A stretch of DNA of 64,000 nt from the NCBI GenBank assembly GCA_002269645.1, contig NIVC01003373.1, positions 37,296 to 101,295 of the forward strand, given 5' to 3'. The notes beneath the pieces are model-generated. The model worked only from the letters and a program-made list of their open reading frames with translations. It ran no database searches and had not been told where the DNA came from. Source of the DNA: Macrostomum lignano (lineage: Eukaryota). Shown one piece after another: positions 12,780 to 24,800 of the stretch. Numbering within the stretch: position 1 is the stretch's first letter; each line of letters opens with the position of its first letter. The position numbers and the translations under genes are program-made.

Positions 12780-14795
12780 TACGAGGTGTATTCTAAGTTC
12801 TTTTCGGTCCTTTGGCATTCATTTTTAGAAAGCGTTGTGAAAAGAAGTTCAGCGATTCACCAAGTTATATCTATAGCCTAAACGTTCCTAGGGTTTTAAG
12901 CCTCAATCAAGGAATTCTAAATCCTACTGGAATGACAACTGAAACAGAGGTGTGGACTTTTTTATACAAGATGAGGCTTACTCCGATTGCCACAGACATA
13001 GGATTTGTTTGCCACTAAGAAGAATCAGCTTCGTTCGCCTTATTTAGTCTTAGCCTGTAGGAGTGACTTTCCTGAAGCCAAGTCTCTGCGTCCTCTGCAT
13101 GCCAAATAAATGCGCCGTTTTTTGGCTGCAACTCCGGCAGCGAGTCTGCAACGGCACGGTCAGCGAGGACTTCATTCCACAAGTTTTCGAAGCTGGAAAA
13201 ATTGTTAAAGAGCATTTCCCTAGAAGCAACTTTCAAGCCATCGAAGCACACTCGAATTTGCTCTCTTCACTTCACGGAATCAGATATCGAATATCGAAAT
13301 ATCGATGCATATCGAAAAAAGAAGCGACACGAAGGTTCAAATCTTGTAAAAAGAAGATTAAGAGAGGGTGCAGTTCCCATCCAATACAGCACGATCAGCA
13401 GGCCATCATATTTAACAAAAAGTCCACCAGCTTCGCGATCAGGAAACGCATCGTCGCAACGGCGTCACGAGATTGATGTCGCACGGGTGGAACAACAAGA
13501 GAGATTATTTTTCCAGTGAAAGAATTCGCTCACTTAATGATTTGGTCGCTAAGTTTTCGAAAGAGAAGAAGCCGTCCGGATTTGCTTCGCATCAATCAGC
13601 AGACACTCTCAGCATTATGCTCATACGCTCGTAGCTAATGGTCTATCTCCAATGATCAAGAGTTCCTTGCCTCAGTTTGCAACTAGTGTTTGAGCAGCGA
13701 ACCTTTCTATCAGCTACCATTCAATTTTTTGGCCATGGCTGAGCTGAATCATTTTCAAAAACAAGACGTTCGAAGCTTGATGAAGTTTCAGTTTTTGCGA
13801 GGAGACTGAGCAGACAGTTCGAAAATGGTACCGGCTGTTTGCTGATGGAAGAGAGCGTTGAGGTCTTTGATCGCTCTGGAAGGCCGATGACTGACTGCAA
13901 CCAACGAGACTGCTGTGAAGAAAGTGCAAGAGCTCCTGGATGATGATCGGCGATGGACTTGCGAAGACTTTGGAGAAGACGTTGGTGTGTCAGTAGGAAG
14001 CGTCCACACCATTCTGACTGAGCGTCTTCACCTGCAGAAAAAGTTCTGCAAGTGGGTGCCACAACTGATGACAGGTGAGCAAAAGATGCAGCGAACTCTG
14101 GCTTCAAGCAGCCACCTGCGTCGGTTCCATCGAGAAGGGGAGGATTTTCTATCAAGATTTGTTGCTGGAGACGAGCCGTGGGCTTACAGCTGGGATCCTG
14201 AGACAAGGTCCCAGTCTGCCGAATGGCTTCCAGCACATTCTCCAAGACCTCAGAAGGCCATCAGGAAGATCATGCACGTCATGTTTTTTGATTCCCAAGG
14301 AATCCTGCTAAACTGGGCAGTCCCCAAGGAACCACCATCAATGGGGACTACTACAAGTGGATTCTGCAGAAGTTGCGCCCAGCAATACGAAAGAAGCGCC
14401 CTGGTCTGCTGGAGTCTGGCGTGATCCTGCTGCACGACAATGCACCAGCACATCGCAAGCACAACGTCGTGGAACTCCTGAGCAAATGGGTCTGGGAAGT
14501 GATCCTGCAACATCCACCCTATTCGCATGATTTGCCACTGTGCGGCTTTTTCTTATTTTCATCGGTGAAGAGGCACCTTCGGGGCATTCGATTCGACAGC
14601 GTCGAGCACATCGAAGCTGCTTGTAGTCAAGCTGTGTGGTGTGAGTTCCGGAATCAGAGGCCTGGTACATCGCTGGCAGAAGTGCAAAGATATTTGCGGT
14701 GAATATGTTGAGTGTCAGAATCATGTTAAACAATCTAACAGTGTTTTCATTGTTCCAGTGGTTTTGTGTTCAGTTTTGTAGGGCACCGAAAAGAG
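12780..14795 (+). mobile_element. Decayed mariner element; transposase about 13735-14715 with several frameshifts
   Basis: WVPQL, GDEPW, HDNAPAH, HPPYSHDL and GEYVE motifs; candidate 5' TIR TACGAGGTGTATTCTAAGTTCTTTTCGGT at 12780 and a partial inverted match ACCGAAAAGA near 14785. Confidence 0.85.
13099..13519 (+). pseudogene. Degenerate THAP zinc-finger domain
   Basis: MPNKCAVF/GCNSG..SFHKF..FKPSKHTRICSLHF..RRLREGAVP; extra T in a T run near 13120; conserved Pro/Trp segment missing. Confidence 0.85.
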
Positions 14796-15150
14796 CTAAT
14801 TAGCTAATGGGGAAAGCTAACTAACTGATGGAGAGCTAAGTCGCTAATAGGGAGAGCTAAGTAGCTAATAGGGAGAGCTAAGTGGCTAATGGGGGGAGCT
14901 AAGTAACTAATGGGTCGAGAGCTAAGTGGCTAATGGAGTAATGGAGAGAGCTAAGTGGCTAATGGGGAGAGCTAAGTAACTAATGGGTCGAGAGCTAAGT
15001 GGCTAATGGGGAGAGCTAACTAACTGATGGGGATGGGATCTAAGTGACTAATGGGGAGAGCTAAGTGGCTAATGAAAAGAGCTAAGTGGCTAACTGAGGA
15101 AGCTAAGTAGCTGATAGGGACCGTACAGTGGCTAATAGGAGTAGCTTAGT
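14790..15150. repeat. About 22-bp degenerate minisatellite
   Basis: Unit GAGAGCTAAGTGGCTAATGGGG. Confidence 0.9.
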
Positions 15151-15501
15151 AACTAAAATCGCATTAATTGACTGCAGGGATCTATCCACCTTGAAGTTAA
15201 TTATAAAAAATTAACCAACAATAGACACTCAACAATAGTTTTTTTAACTAACAAAGAAACAATTTTCAACTTGAAAAAATGCAACTTTATTATGAAGTAA
15301 TATTCAACGCAGTAATTTCCCAAGTTGTCATAATAGTAAAAGTAGGGAGAGAAAGGCAGCACCAAGCAGATTATTAATGACGCAAGCTTTAAATGAAGCG
15401 GAAATTATGAAATTATTTGGGAAAACTATAACTCCAGTAGACGGTTGCCCCAGTCTGAATTGTCTGAATTGAATTTCCGCTAGTTTTTTTTAGAACTGGA
15501 C

Positions 15502-17510
15502 TTAGATCAAAATTGAACGTGAAAAGGTGCACTGAGCAGGCAGGCGCCGAACCAGCAGTTCCGGATCGGTCGATTCGACAACAAACCGATCGAGTTCCGG
15601 CTCGGCATCCGGATTAGCTGGTGGCGGATTTTGACAGGCTACTTGAACCACTGCGTCCGGGATCTTATTGAGGCTGGCCAGGGTCTCGCCGGACACCAGG
15701 CCGAACTGGGCGGAGGTCAGATGGTCAATCAGTTGAGAGTGGAAGCGGCGAAGGCGAAACATGGGCACCTCCATTGGCGGGCCGGGCTTGTCGAACAGTT
15801 GAATCTGTGCAGGTGTGGATTGATTTTGCAGTGCAGCTGGGCCGCTGTGTGCTACAATATTATAGATAGGCAAGCATGAGTCATCGGCAACTCAGCGCTT
15901 GGCAAGCACACGGAATATATGTACACACGCTCATGGGTCTACGACTTTAGACTGAGAGAAGACAACAATTCAGCTGACACAAACTGACTGCCGACCCTAA
16001 TCCTAACCTAAACTCTAACCTAAGCCCTAACACAAACCCTAATATAAACCCTAACACAAACTCTAACCTAAGCCCTAACACAAACCCTAATATAAACCCT
16101 AACACAAACTCTAACCTAAGCCCTAACACAAACCCTAATATAAACCCTAACACAAACTCTAACCTAAGCCCTAACACAAACCCTAATATAAACCCTAACA
16201 CAAACCCTAACCTACACTATAACACAAACCCTAACCTACACTATAACACAAACCCTAACCTACACTATAACACAAACCCTAACCTACACCATAACACAAA
16301 CCCTAACCTAAACCCTAATAACACAAACCCTAACCTACACCATAACACAAACCTAACCTACACTATAACACAAACCCTAACCTACACCATAACACAAACC
16401 TAACCTACACCATAACACAAACCCTAACCTACACCATAACACAAACCCTAACCTAAACCCTAATAACACAAACCCTAACCTAAACCCTAATAACACAAAC
16501 CCTAACCTACACCATAACACAAACCCTAACCTTAAACATAACACAAACCCTAACCTACACCATAACACAAACCCTAACCTACACCATAACATAAACTCTA
16601 ACCTACACCACAACACAAACCCTGGAGACCACAGCAGAACGGTGGTCTCCTTCATGACGGTCTCCGGCACGGCCTCCAGCTGGCTGTCCAGGGTGTACAG
16701 CCACACGAATCTGCTGCCGTCGGAGCCGAAGCGCAGAGCGGTGAACTGCTGGCCATCGATCAGCCCGCCGACGTCCAAGAAGGCGTCGGCCTCCTCGTCC
16801 GCGTCGCTTTTTTCGTTGTCGCCGGCGTCCTCGAACTCGGTGGGTTCAGCTGCCTCGCTGGCGATCTCGCTAGCAACTTCGAATCCCCATTCGTCCACTT
16901 CCGGCTCGATAGTTGATCTTGGCTCAGCGGAAGCGGAAGAAGCAGAAGCTTTAGAAGCCGGCGGGTCTCGGCGAATTGATTATTGCAGGCGTTTTGGGCG
17001 CCGCAGCCGCCGGGATCAGTACGGAGTCATCAAGGTTGACCGGATCGCCCGGATAGTACATCATGCGGCCGAGCACGTCTTCAACGCGCAGGGCGCCCTC
17101 GGCCACCAAGCTGGCTTCCAGAGTCTGGCACTGAGCTGGCAGAGCAGTGCCAGATTGCTCGGCCGCCTTGCGCCAGAAATAGTTGCGCTCGGTGCCGCGC
17201 GGCTGTATCAGGCTTCGCGTGACTGCCAGCAGATCGGCGTAGTCAGATGGATCAGGCGCTGGCTGCTTTGGTTGTACAGACGAGATCGACAGGTTCTGCG
17301 TGCGCTGTTTCAACGGTTCCTCAAATGCCTCAGACGGTTGTCGCGACCTGGGCGGCGACGGGCCCAACCGGGACTGCACCGGAGGGCGCCGCTCGGACTG
17401 TATCGACTGAGTCGACGATGACGAAAACGAATTCGACTGCGCGGCTCGAGGATTAGCGGCGAAGATGAAACTCTTTTTATCGCCACCGCCGGCACCGGCG
17501 CCTCTGCTAT
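15502..17510 (-). pseudogene. 3' part of an unassigned gene, possibly LOTUS/Tudor-like; blocks about 17510-16621 and 15950-15502, with frame disruptions
   Basis: GC-rich coding-like blocks; +1 shift near 16975 (frame A stops at 16951, frame B continues to the donor at 16621); stop/shift near 15940-15875; family identity is inference from two wHTH-like segments. Confidence 0.55.
15990..16620. repeat. 24-bp (locally 48-bp higher-order) intronic minisatellite
   Basis: Unit CCTAACCTACACCATAACACAAAC, beginning at the splice donor 16620. Confidence 0.95.
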
Positions 17511-17733
17511 TAAAGCCACAGAGCACACAGAGAAACCAACATGATGATGCTGAAGCAGCACACAGAGGAGCCAGAGTGATGGGGCTGCAGCAGCACACAG
17601 AAGAACCAAGATGATGCTGCAGCAGCACACAGAGAAACCAAGATGATGATGCTTAGGATGCTTAGCAGCAGCAGAGGGGTGATGGTGCGAAGAGCAGGCA
17701 GTACACAGGTGCCAATCAATCCGGAGGCCTCAC

Positions 17734-18801
17734 TTGCAGGCAGAAGTTGATCCGCTGCTGAAACTGGTCAGCGGGCTGGGCAGTGCCGTACAGGTCGGCG
17801 GTCTCCCGGCTGCTCAAGGTGCCGCCGGCCTTGTGATCGATGATGGCCTCGATCACGCCGTCGCGAATAGCCTTGGCGGCCACGTATTCGGCTTCCTCGG
17901 CCGAGTCCAGCTGCAGCTTGGAGGCCACGGCGGCCAGGGAGATGCGGCTGTAGGACAGGGCAACCTTGCGGACGCCGACCTTGATGACATTGTGCCGCAG
18001 GCGGACGCACAGCAGCCAGGTGTTGTCGGCTTTGAATCGGGCCGCATTGTCGCGTAGTACGGTGTTGAATTCGACAGCCTGGGTGAGGCGCAGGTAGGGA
18101 GCCAGCGGCCGGCGGAATCCCTGCTCGCAGAACGCATGACGATCGGGGGTCTCGCCAATTAGAAGTTGCACCACCACCTGCGGATTTTAATAAAAGTACT
18201 TATCACAGTCAAATTAAAGTACTAGAGGAGTGGGCGATTACAGTGACTCTATAATGACTATGGGGCGCCTCTATACTGACTCTGGGGCGCCTCTATAATG
18301 ACTCTAGGGCGCCTCTATACTGACTCTGGGGCGCTGCCATGAACCAGCTGTAAGCAGTAACAAACCTGCATTTTGGTGCAGATCTGACGAAATCCCAGAG
18401 CCCGCTGACCACTGGCAGCTTTAGCGCAGCGCCTGCTGCAGATGCTGAGCGGCCCGGCCCAGGTAGAATTGGTACCTGGCCAGCTCGTGAATCGGCGCCA
18501 GCTCGGGAAAGGCGCACTTGTCAACTAGCCTGGCGGCCTGGTCTAGCAGGCGGTCCATCAGGTAGGAGCGCAGCAGGCAGTTGGTGAGGGTGGCGCAGCC
18601 GCTGCAGCATCTGGGGCCGTACGGTGGCCAGCTTGGCCAGCTGAACTGGCCAGTTGAACTGGCCGGTGCGTTGCTATAGCAACTGGGAACAGCTTACAGC
18701 CTCAGCTTGGCGATTCGAGTCGAGCAAGTGTAGCAGCAGCAATAGGTGAAGAAACACTTCCGTTTCTGGGAGCAGGCGGCGGGAGGCCTGAGCACTCTGG
18801 C
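17734..18801 (-). pseudogene. PSMD3: 26S proteasome subunit Rpn3 internal fragment; exons about 18801-18698, 18673-18366, 18177-17734
   Basis: LLPETEVFL, ATLTNCLLRSY, ARYQFYLGR, RLRHNVIK..SYSRISL..KLQLDSAEEAEYVAAKAIRDGVIEA; frameshifts near 18605 and 18422, in-frame deletions, no 5' or final exon nearby. Confidence 0.9.
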
Positions 18802-18964
18802 CTGTTGGGTGGGGGGGGAGGTTTACAGTTGGAAGTGTGGCATACAAGGGTTTAAATCAATAATAAAGAGGACATTGTGCCAGAACGACTTCTGATAGGG
18901 TCAGGTATACCCGTTTCGGTGACACCAGAGCAAGCAACGCACACGTATCACCCCGAAAACAGCC

Positions 18965-19260
18965 TAATTTTAAGCCTGTTTTTCTCCCTACGGGCGGCCT
19001 ATCCCCCGCTCCCCCGAAGAAAATTTCCCTTCCTAGGGGCGGTCTAATCTCCCCCCCCCCAAAGAAAATTCCCCCCTCCTATGGGCGGCCTAATCTCCCC
19101 CCCCCTCCCGAAGAAAATTCCCCTTGCTATGGGCGGCATAATCTCCCCCCGAAGAAAATTCCCCTTGCTATGGGTGGCATAATCTCCCCCCCCCCGAAGA
19201 AAATTTCCCTCCCCAGGGGCGGCTTATCTTCCCCGAAAAAAATTTCTGGCTAAGCACCTG
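18965..19260 (-). mobile_element. One end of a non-autonomous DNA transposon with about 40-bp subterminal repeats
   Basis: Terminus reads CAGGTGCTTAGCCAG on minus; tandem GGGCGG..CCCCGAAGAAAATT units; second end and TSD not found. Confidence 0.4.
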
Positions 19261-19264
19261 ATAC

Positions 19265-19370
19265 GGATCCAGTATGTACAAAGGCTCCAGCTCACGCCGG
19301 GTGTACAGCGGCCCTGACTATCTCCATAGTCAGACATGTACACTCTCTGTGCAAGCAAGATTCAAATGTC
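19265..19370 (-). mobile_element. Fragment of the 45113-type SINE family
   Basis: GTGTACAGCGGCCCTGAC..CATGTACAC domain. Confidence 0.6.
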
Positions 19371-19377
19371 ACAGCTA

Positions 19378-20075
19378 CGAGTTGAGATTCAGTTGAGATT
19401 TAGTTAAGATTCAGTTGAGATTCAATTAAGATTCAGTTGAGATTTAGTTAAGATTCAGCTATGATTCAGTTGAGATTCAGCTGAGATTCAGTTGAGATTC
19501 AGTTAAGATTCAGCTGAGATTCAGTTGAGATTCAGTTGAGATTCAGCTGAGATTCAGTTCAGATTCAGTTCAGATTCAGTTCAGATTCAGTTCAGATTCA
19601 GTTCAGATTCAGTTCAGATTCAGTTCAGATTCAGTTCAGATTCAGTTCAGATTCAGTTCAGATTCAGTTCAGATTCACTTAAGATTCAATTGAGATTCAG
19701 TAAAGATTCAGTAAAGATTCAGTTGAGATTCAGTTGAGATTCAGCTGGGATTCAGTTGAGATTCAGCTGGGATTCAGTTGAGATTCAGTTGAGATTCAGC
19801 TGAGATTCGGTTGAGATTCAGCTGAGATTCAGTTGAAATTCAGCTGAGATTCAGCTGAGATTCAATTAAGATTCAGCTGAGATTCAGCTGAGATTCAATT
19901 AAGATTCAGTTGAGATTCAGCTGAGATTCAGCTGAGATTCAGCTGAGATTCAGCTGAGATTCAGCTGAGATTCAGCTGAGATTCAGTTGAGATTCAGCTG
20001 AGATTCAGATGAGATTCAGTTGAGATTCAGCTGAGATTCAGTTGAGATTCAGTTGAGATTCAGCTGAGATTCAGC
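19378..20075. repeat. 11-bp satellite (TTGAGATTCAG)n, second array
   Basis: Same unit and same position relative to SLC5 exon 1 as 853-2765. Confidence 0.95.
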
Positions 20076-20138
20076 TGACATCCACGTACATCAAAAGCAA
20101 GCTGTCAGTCTTGTAATCATTACATGACACAAACGTAC

Positions 20139-20330
20139 CTAGCAGAGAAATGGCGGACCAATTAAGGACACAAGAATTGAGATGGCCACCGGTAGCAACT
20201 GCAGATTTCGGTTGCCAAGCAGGTACTCCTTAGTGGTTTGTTGCCGGCCGCCAGTGCACGAGGTGTACACCCCGATAGCAACAGATGACAGACAGATCAA
20301 GGCGATAAGGACGTAGTCTATGGGGTGCAT
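20139..20330 (-). pseudogene. Second SLC5 exon-1 copy, frameshifted
   Basis: Near-identical to 2831-3020 but 192 vs 190 nt (CAATTAAGG vs CAAAAGG near 20161), giving TAG at 20141-20139; no further SLC5 exons seen downstream. Confidence 0.8.
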
Positions 20331-20529
20331 GATGGCGAGATGGAGGAAATGTTTGGAAACTGTTGCTGTGTCGAATAAGAATCGAATTTGTTTAAATATA
20401 GAATAGAGTTCTTTCTGTATTGCGAGTGCGCGTGGTTTATGCTCGTAGTATTAGGCTCGTAGTAGGTATACGCTCTGATTGGCTCCATGAGAGTATAGTG
20501 CAGGACCAAAACTCAATCAAAACAAACTC

Positions 20530-21085
20530 TCTCTCCCTCAGCAATCTCAGCAATCTCACAGCAATCTCTCCTCAACAATCTGCTCAGCAATCTCTCAGCA
20601 ATCTCTTAAACATTCCCTCAACAATCTTTTAGCAATTTCTCAACAATCTCTATCACAAACTCTCAACAATCTCTTAAAAATTCTCTCAACAATCTCTCAA
20701 CAATCTCTCAACAATCTCTCAACAAACTCTCAACAAGCTCTCAGCAAATCTCTCAGCAATCTTTCAGCAATCTCTCAACAATCTCTCAACAAGCTCTCAG
20801 CAAATCTCTCAGCAATCTTTCAGCAATCTCTCAACAATCTCTCAACAATCTCTCAGAAATCTCTCTGCAATCTCTCAAGAAATCTCTCAGCAATCTCTCA
20901 ACAATCTCTCAGCAATCTCTTAACATTCTCTCAACAATCTCTTAGCAATCTCTAAACAATCGCTATGACATTCTCTCAACAATCTCTCAGAAATCTCTCT
21001 GCAATCTCTCTAGAAATCTCTCTAGAAATCTCTCAGCAATCTCTCAACAATCTCTCAGCAATCTCTCAGCAGTCTCCCAACAATA
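20530..21085. repeat. Degenerate about 11-bp repeat (CAATCTCTCAG/A)n
   Basis: Direct reading. Confidence 0.85.
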
Positions 21086-21873
21086 TCTCTGGGTCTGTGA
21101 GGCTTCTATATTTTTTAATGACACGCATTATAGATGTAGCCATCAATTTGTTTTCAAACTGTCTGTTTTTTATTATTTATATTGTAGTTCAATCAATCTG
21201 GGACAACCTACTTATTAATTAATGGAATGGTTTTCTGGTCTGTTTATCAAAATAAATGGTTCAGAAAGTCGTCGATTTGTATTTTTAGGCAGAGCTAAAA
21301 GTTTAAAAATATATATTTAGGAGTATTACCCACCTCAGTATGTCTTGTTAAACTGAACAAGTTAGCGTTTGTTTTTCTGTTAAGTCTAATGAATTTAAAA
21401 TATCTTTTTCAAAGAAACTCGACAAAATTTAATTAAAGTTAGATCAGAACCAATAATAATACTCATTCATTCATTCGAGTGCTTGTACGAGTGTCTGAAG
21501 AAATTGACTTAGTTATATGTTATTATTGTCAGTCTTAGTGTTATCGAGATTTTTGTGGTAGTTTGATTATCAGAAGCTGGCCCTATGCTTTGGTTATAAA
21601 TATAAAATATATATCATATTCAAGTTAAAATAAAGTGAATCGCCTTACCTTAGCTCAAAGCCTCATTTTTTATTTTTAGATTCAGTTGGATCTAGGCCTA
21701 GTAGAGTCATTAAGTTTAAAAATGCATATACTACTGTAAATTCACAACCGAAACAAATCATCAGTCAATTAAAAAATGACAATGAAAGCCTTTGGATTTA
21801 TTATATAATTATATATAAGTATTGGTATGTTAAATTGATAAAACAGTTGGCGTAATTATATAGAACTAATAAG

Positions 21874-24800
21874 ATGTCTACAGCAAATGAGTCTGTAAAA
21901 TGGCAGGACTTATTAGAAAAAGAGTTTGACAAATCCTTTGCTGATCTAGAGCTTCTATTGCATAAAAATCTATCATCTAACAAAGAGTTATATACAAATA
22001 TAACAAACTATCTAAATACAATCTGTAGCACATTTTCTCAATTGAACCAGCGTGCCTTAACAATTTTCTATAATAATGCAAAGCTTGAAGTAAGTTGCCT
22101 TGCTTTTAAATTAATTTTTCTTACTATCATATATTTAAACTATATAATGTAGGTCTATGCCACTAGACCTAGGCTTATAGCATTATATATTTAAGCCTGT
22201 GCTATAAATAGTTGCCTAATATTTTTAATATTAAGATGTACTTAAAATTCTTATTTACTACACATTTTAGCATCTTAACAATAGACAAGTAGGCTAGGCT
22301 TTGTTGTTGCTTTTATACTATAATTCAGATTGTATATTAGTGTATGCCAAGTTTAATACTGGAATAAATGATGAGACCTCGTTTGTATGCCAGGTTTGTA
22401 TGAAATGCCAATATAAAAAATTGTTATTTGATATGTTATATATGCTAGTATATATCTTGATTCTTGATATATAGGCCTATGCTGAAAAATGGTAAGACCT
22501 TTGTTGTATGCCAGCCTTCTAAACTATGGCTTTTATAAATATATCTCATATAAGTCACTCTTAAAGATATGATAGCTATGTTTATAATGCAAAAACTTAT
22601 AGGCCTAGAAATGTCAACTGTCTTTAATAGTGCCTAGGTTTATACTTATAGACATGCCTACTATTTATATAATTAGAGCCTATAAACATGGCAGCTATGT
22701 CTTTAATATAAAATGCATATTATATTAGTGATGTATTGTCTGTGTCAATAAAGTCTATATAGTGCCAATGGCCATGTTAATATTTAATGGGTTTATACAT
22801 AGACTTAAAGATATAGAAGGTGGCTATGTTCCTAATATAAAATTCATTTGGCATTAAAGTCAATGGCTATCTCTTTATTGCCAAAATTTAAAGCCATGGT
22901 ATACTATACGCAGTATAATACTCAACCATGGGGATACAATTACCTTCCTTTTAGGTAGAGACAAAAAAAGGCAAATGGTATCTAATCCAATTTTTGCCAA
23001 AATAGAAAGCCATCAATTTGCCCTTCCTTCCTTTGCTTTCCTTGACTTTCTAGAATCTATCCTCTCAATAAACTTCTAGTTATGCTATTGAAAATAAATA
23101 AAATGGCTAGTTAAGAAATGTCTATTCAATGTTTTTTTATACTTGTAATACCTTTTATATTCAATTTATCTTTTCTTATATCTAAAGCTAAGTGGGTAGA
23201 CTGTTAGGTTTGATGCATATCTTCTCCTAGACAGCTGGCAACTCAAATATAAATGAAAGTTAATTTATATTAACTTAGTTATAACTGAAGAAGTTAAAGG
23301 TTCTTTTCATAGGCTCTGAAATTTGCAACATTCATTTATTTACTTATTGCTTTACCCTTTACCAATGAAATCAAAGGCTTTCAATAGTCCTTTAAATCAC
23401 AGTAAGTAAGTGGCCAATATTAGCAACCAGATGCAACATATATATATATACCCTATAGATATGAAGCGCAGTCTGGACCTAGGCATTATTAGAGACAAGG
23501 TATATTTATATCTCTACAAACTTTATCAACAACTTTATTAACAACTTACCTTGTGTATATCCAAATCAATGGCAGAAATCTAAGCTAAAGAATACTATAG
23601 TAAATATGGTAAAATGGGTATCTATAATGGCTATATTGGTATATATAAAAGCTAACAACTGCTCTTATGCCTTTGACAATGACAATATAATGTAGTCTTT
23701 AAATCTATCAAAATACTTATCTCTATCCTACCCTTTATATTTCTAAACCTCTGACCTATAGAAGCTTTTAATCTATAAACTCTATGTTTAAAATTAACTA
23801 TTGAAATGTTTTAAAATCCACAAAATCCCAAAACGCTCCAGAATATTATTAATTATAGAAATATGGAACTGAAATTACCTAATGTAAGGCTGTTCAGTCC
23901 AATGACTAGGATGGGGGGTTGCCAAACAGCCCTCAATTACCCCAGCTAATTTTGGCACCCAATTTTACAGCTGGGTGAACTAAAGCAATGTAGAGTTAAG
24001 TGTCTTGCTCAAGGACACAAATTGTTCCAGTGGGATTTTAAGAATCAAAACCCTGACCTTACAGTTGTAAGACTGGCTACAACCCTCTATCACAAAACAC
24101 TGAGCTTATAAGAAGGCTCTAAATTGTCTGTAAAGTTATACAATAAATAGGTAACATGCATTTACTATAATAGTAACTAAAATGTACTTTCAATAAAAGT
24201 AACCACGCACCAGCCTCTAAATAAAAAGTAAAACTTGATGAATCAGTCTGCCATAATGGTATTGTAAAAAAGACAACATTTTTTTAGGCTCAGCTGGTAT
24301 CCATGCGCACAGACCTGGCCTCTGCTCAGGCCGCAGCTGCAAGCTCTGCTGGTGCAGCATCAGCCAAGGCTTCATCATCACTAGCAGATGTTGATGCCCA
24401 GCCTCCACAGCCCGCATCCTCAGACTCTGCCAAGTCTGAGATTCTGAAATTCGAACGGGATATTGTTGTGAATGAGAACGCTGAGCTCAGACGGTACTGC
24501 CTGGCTCTGCAGACTGAGCTGTATGCTGCCCGCCTGACTGCCAAATACCTCAATAAGGAGCTGGCAGGTCGTGTGCAACAGATGCAGCTGCTGACTGCCA
24601 GCAGCAATGGGACTGGTCTGGGTGAGTGCCAGCCTTACTGGGCCAGCCTCCCAGATCCTCAGTTGCTGGGCCAGCCTCCCAGATCCTCAGTAGCTGGGCC
24701 AGCCTGCCAGATCTTCAGTTGCTGGGCCAGCCTCTCAGATCCCCAGTTGCTGCGCCAGCCTCCCAGATCCTCATCAGTTGCTGGGCCAGCCTGCCAGATC

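Noticed and set aside
15990-16620. Telomere-like CCCTAA motifs
   Set aside because: CCCTAA is only part of a 24-bp intronic unit, not a (TTAGGG)n tract
17500-17734. In-frame PSMD3-LOTUS fusion protein
   Set aside because: The PSMD3 exon ends in phase 0 while the nearest acceptor of the next block needs phase 2, and both parts are disrupted
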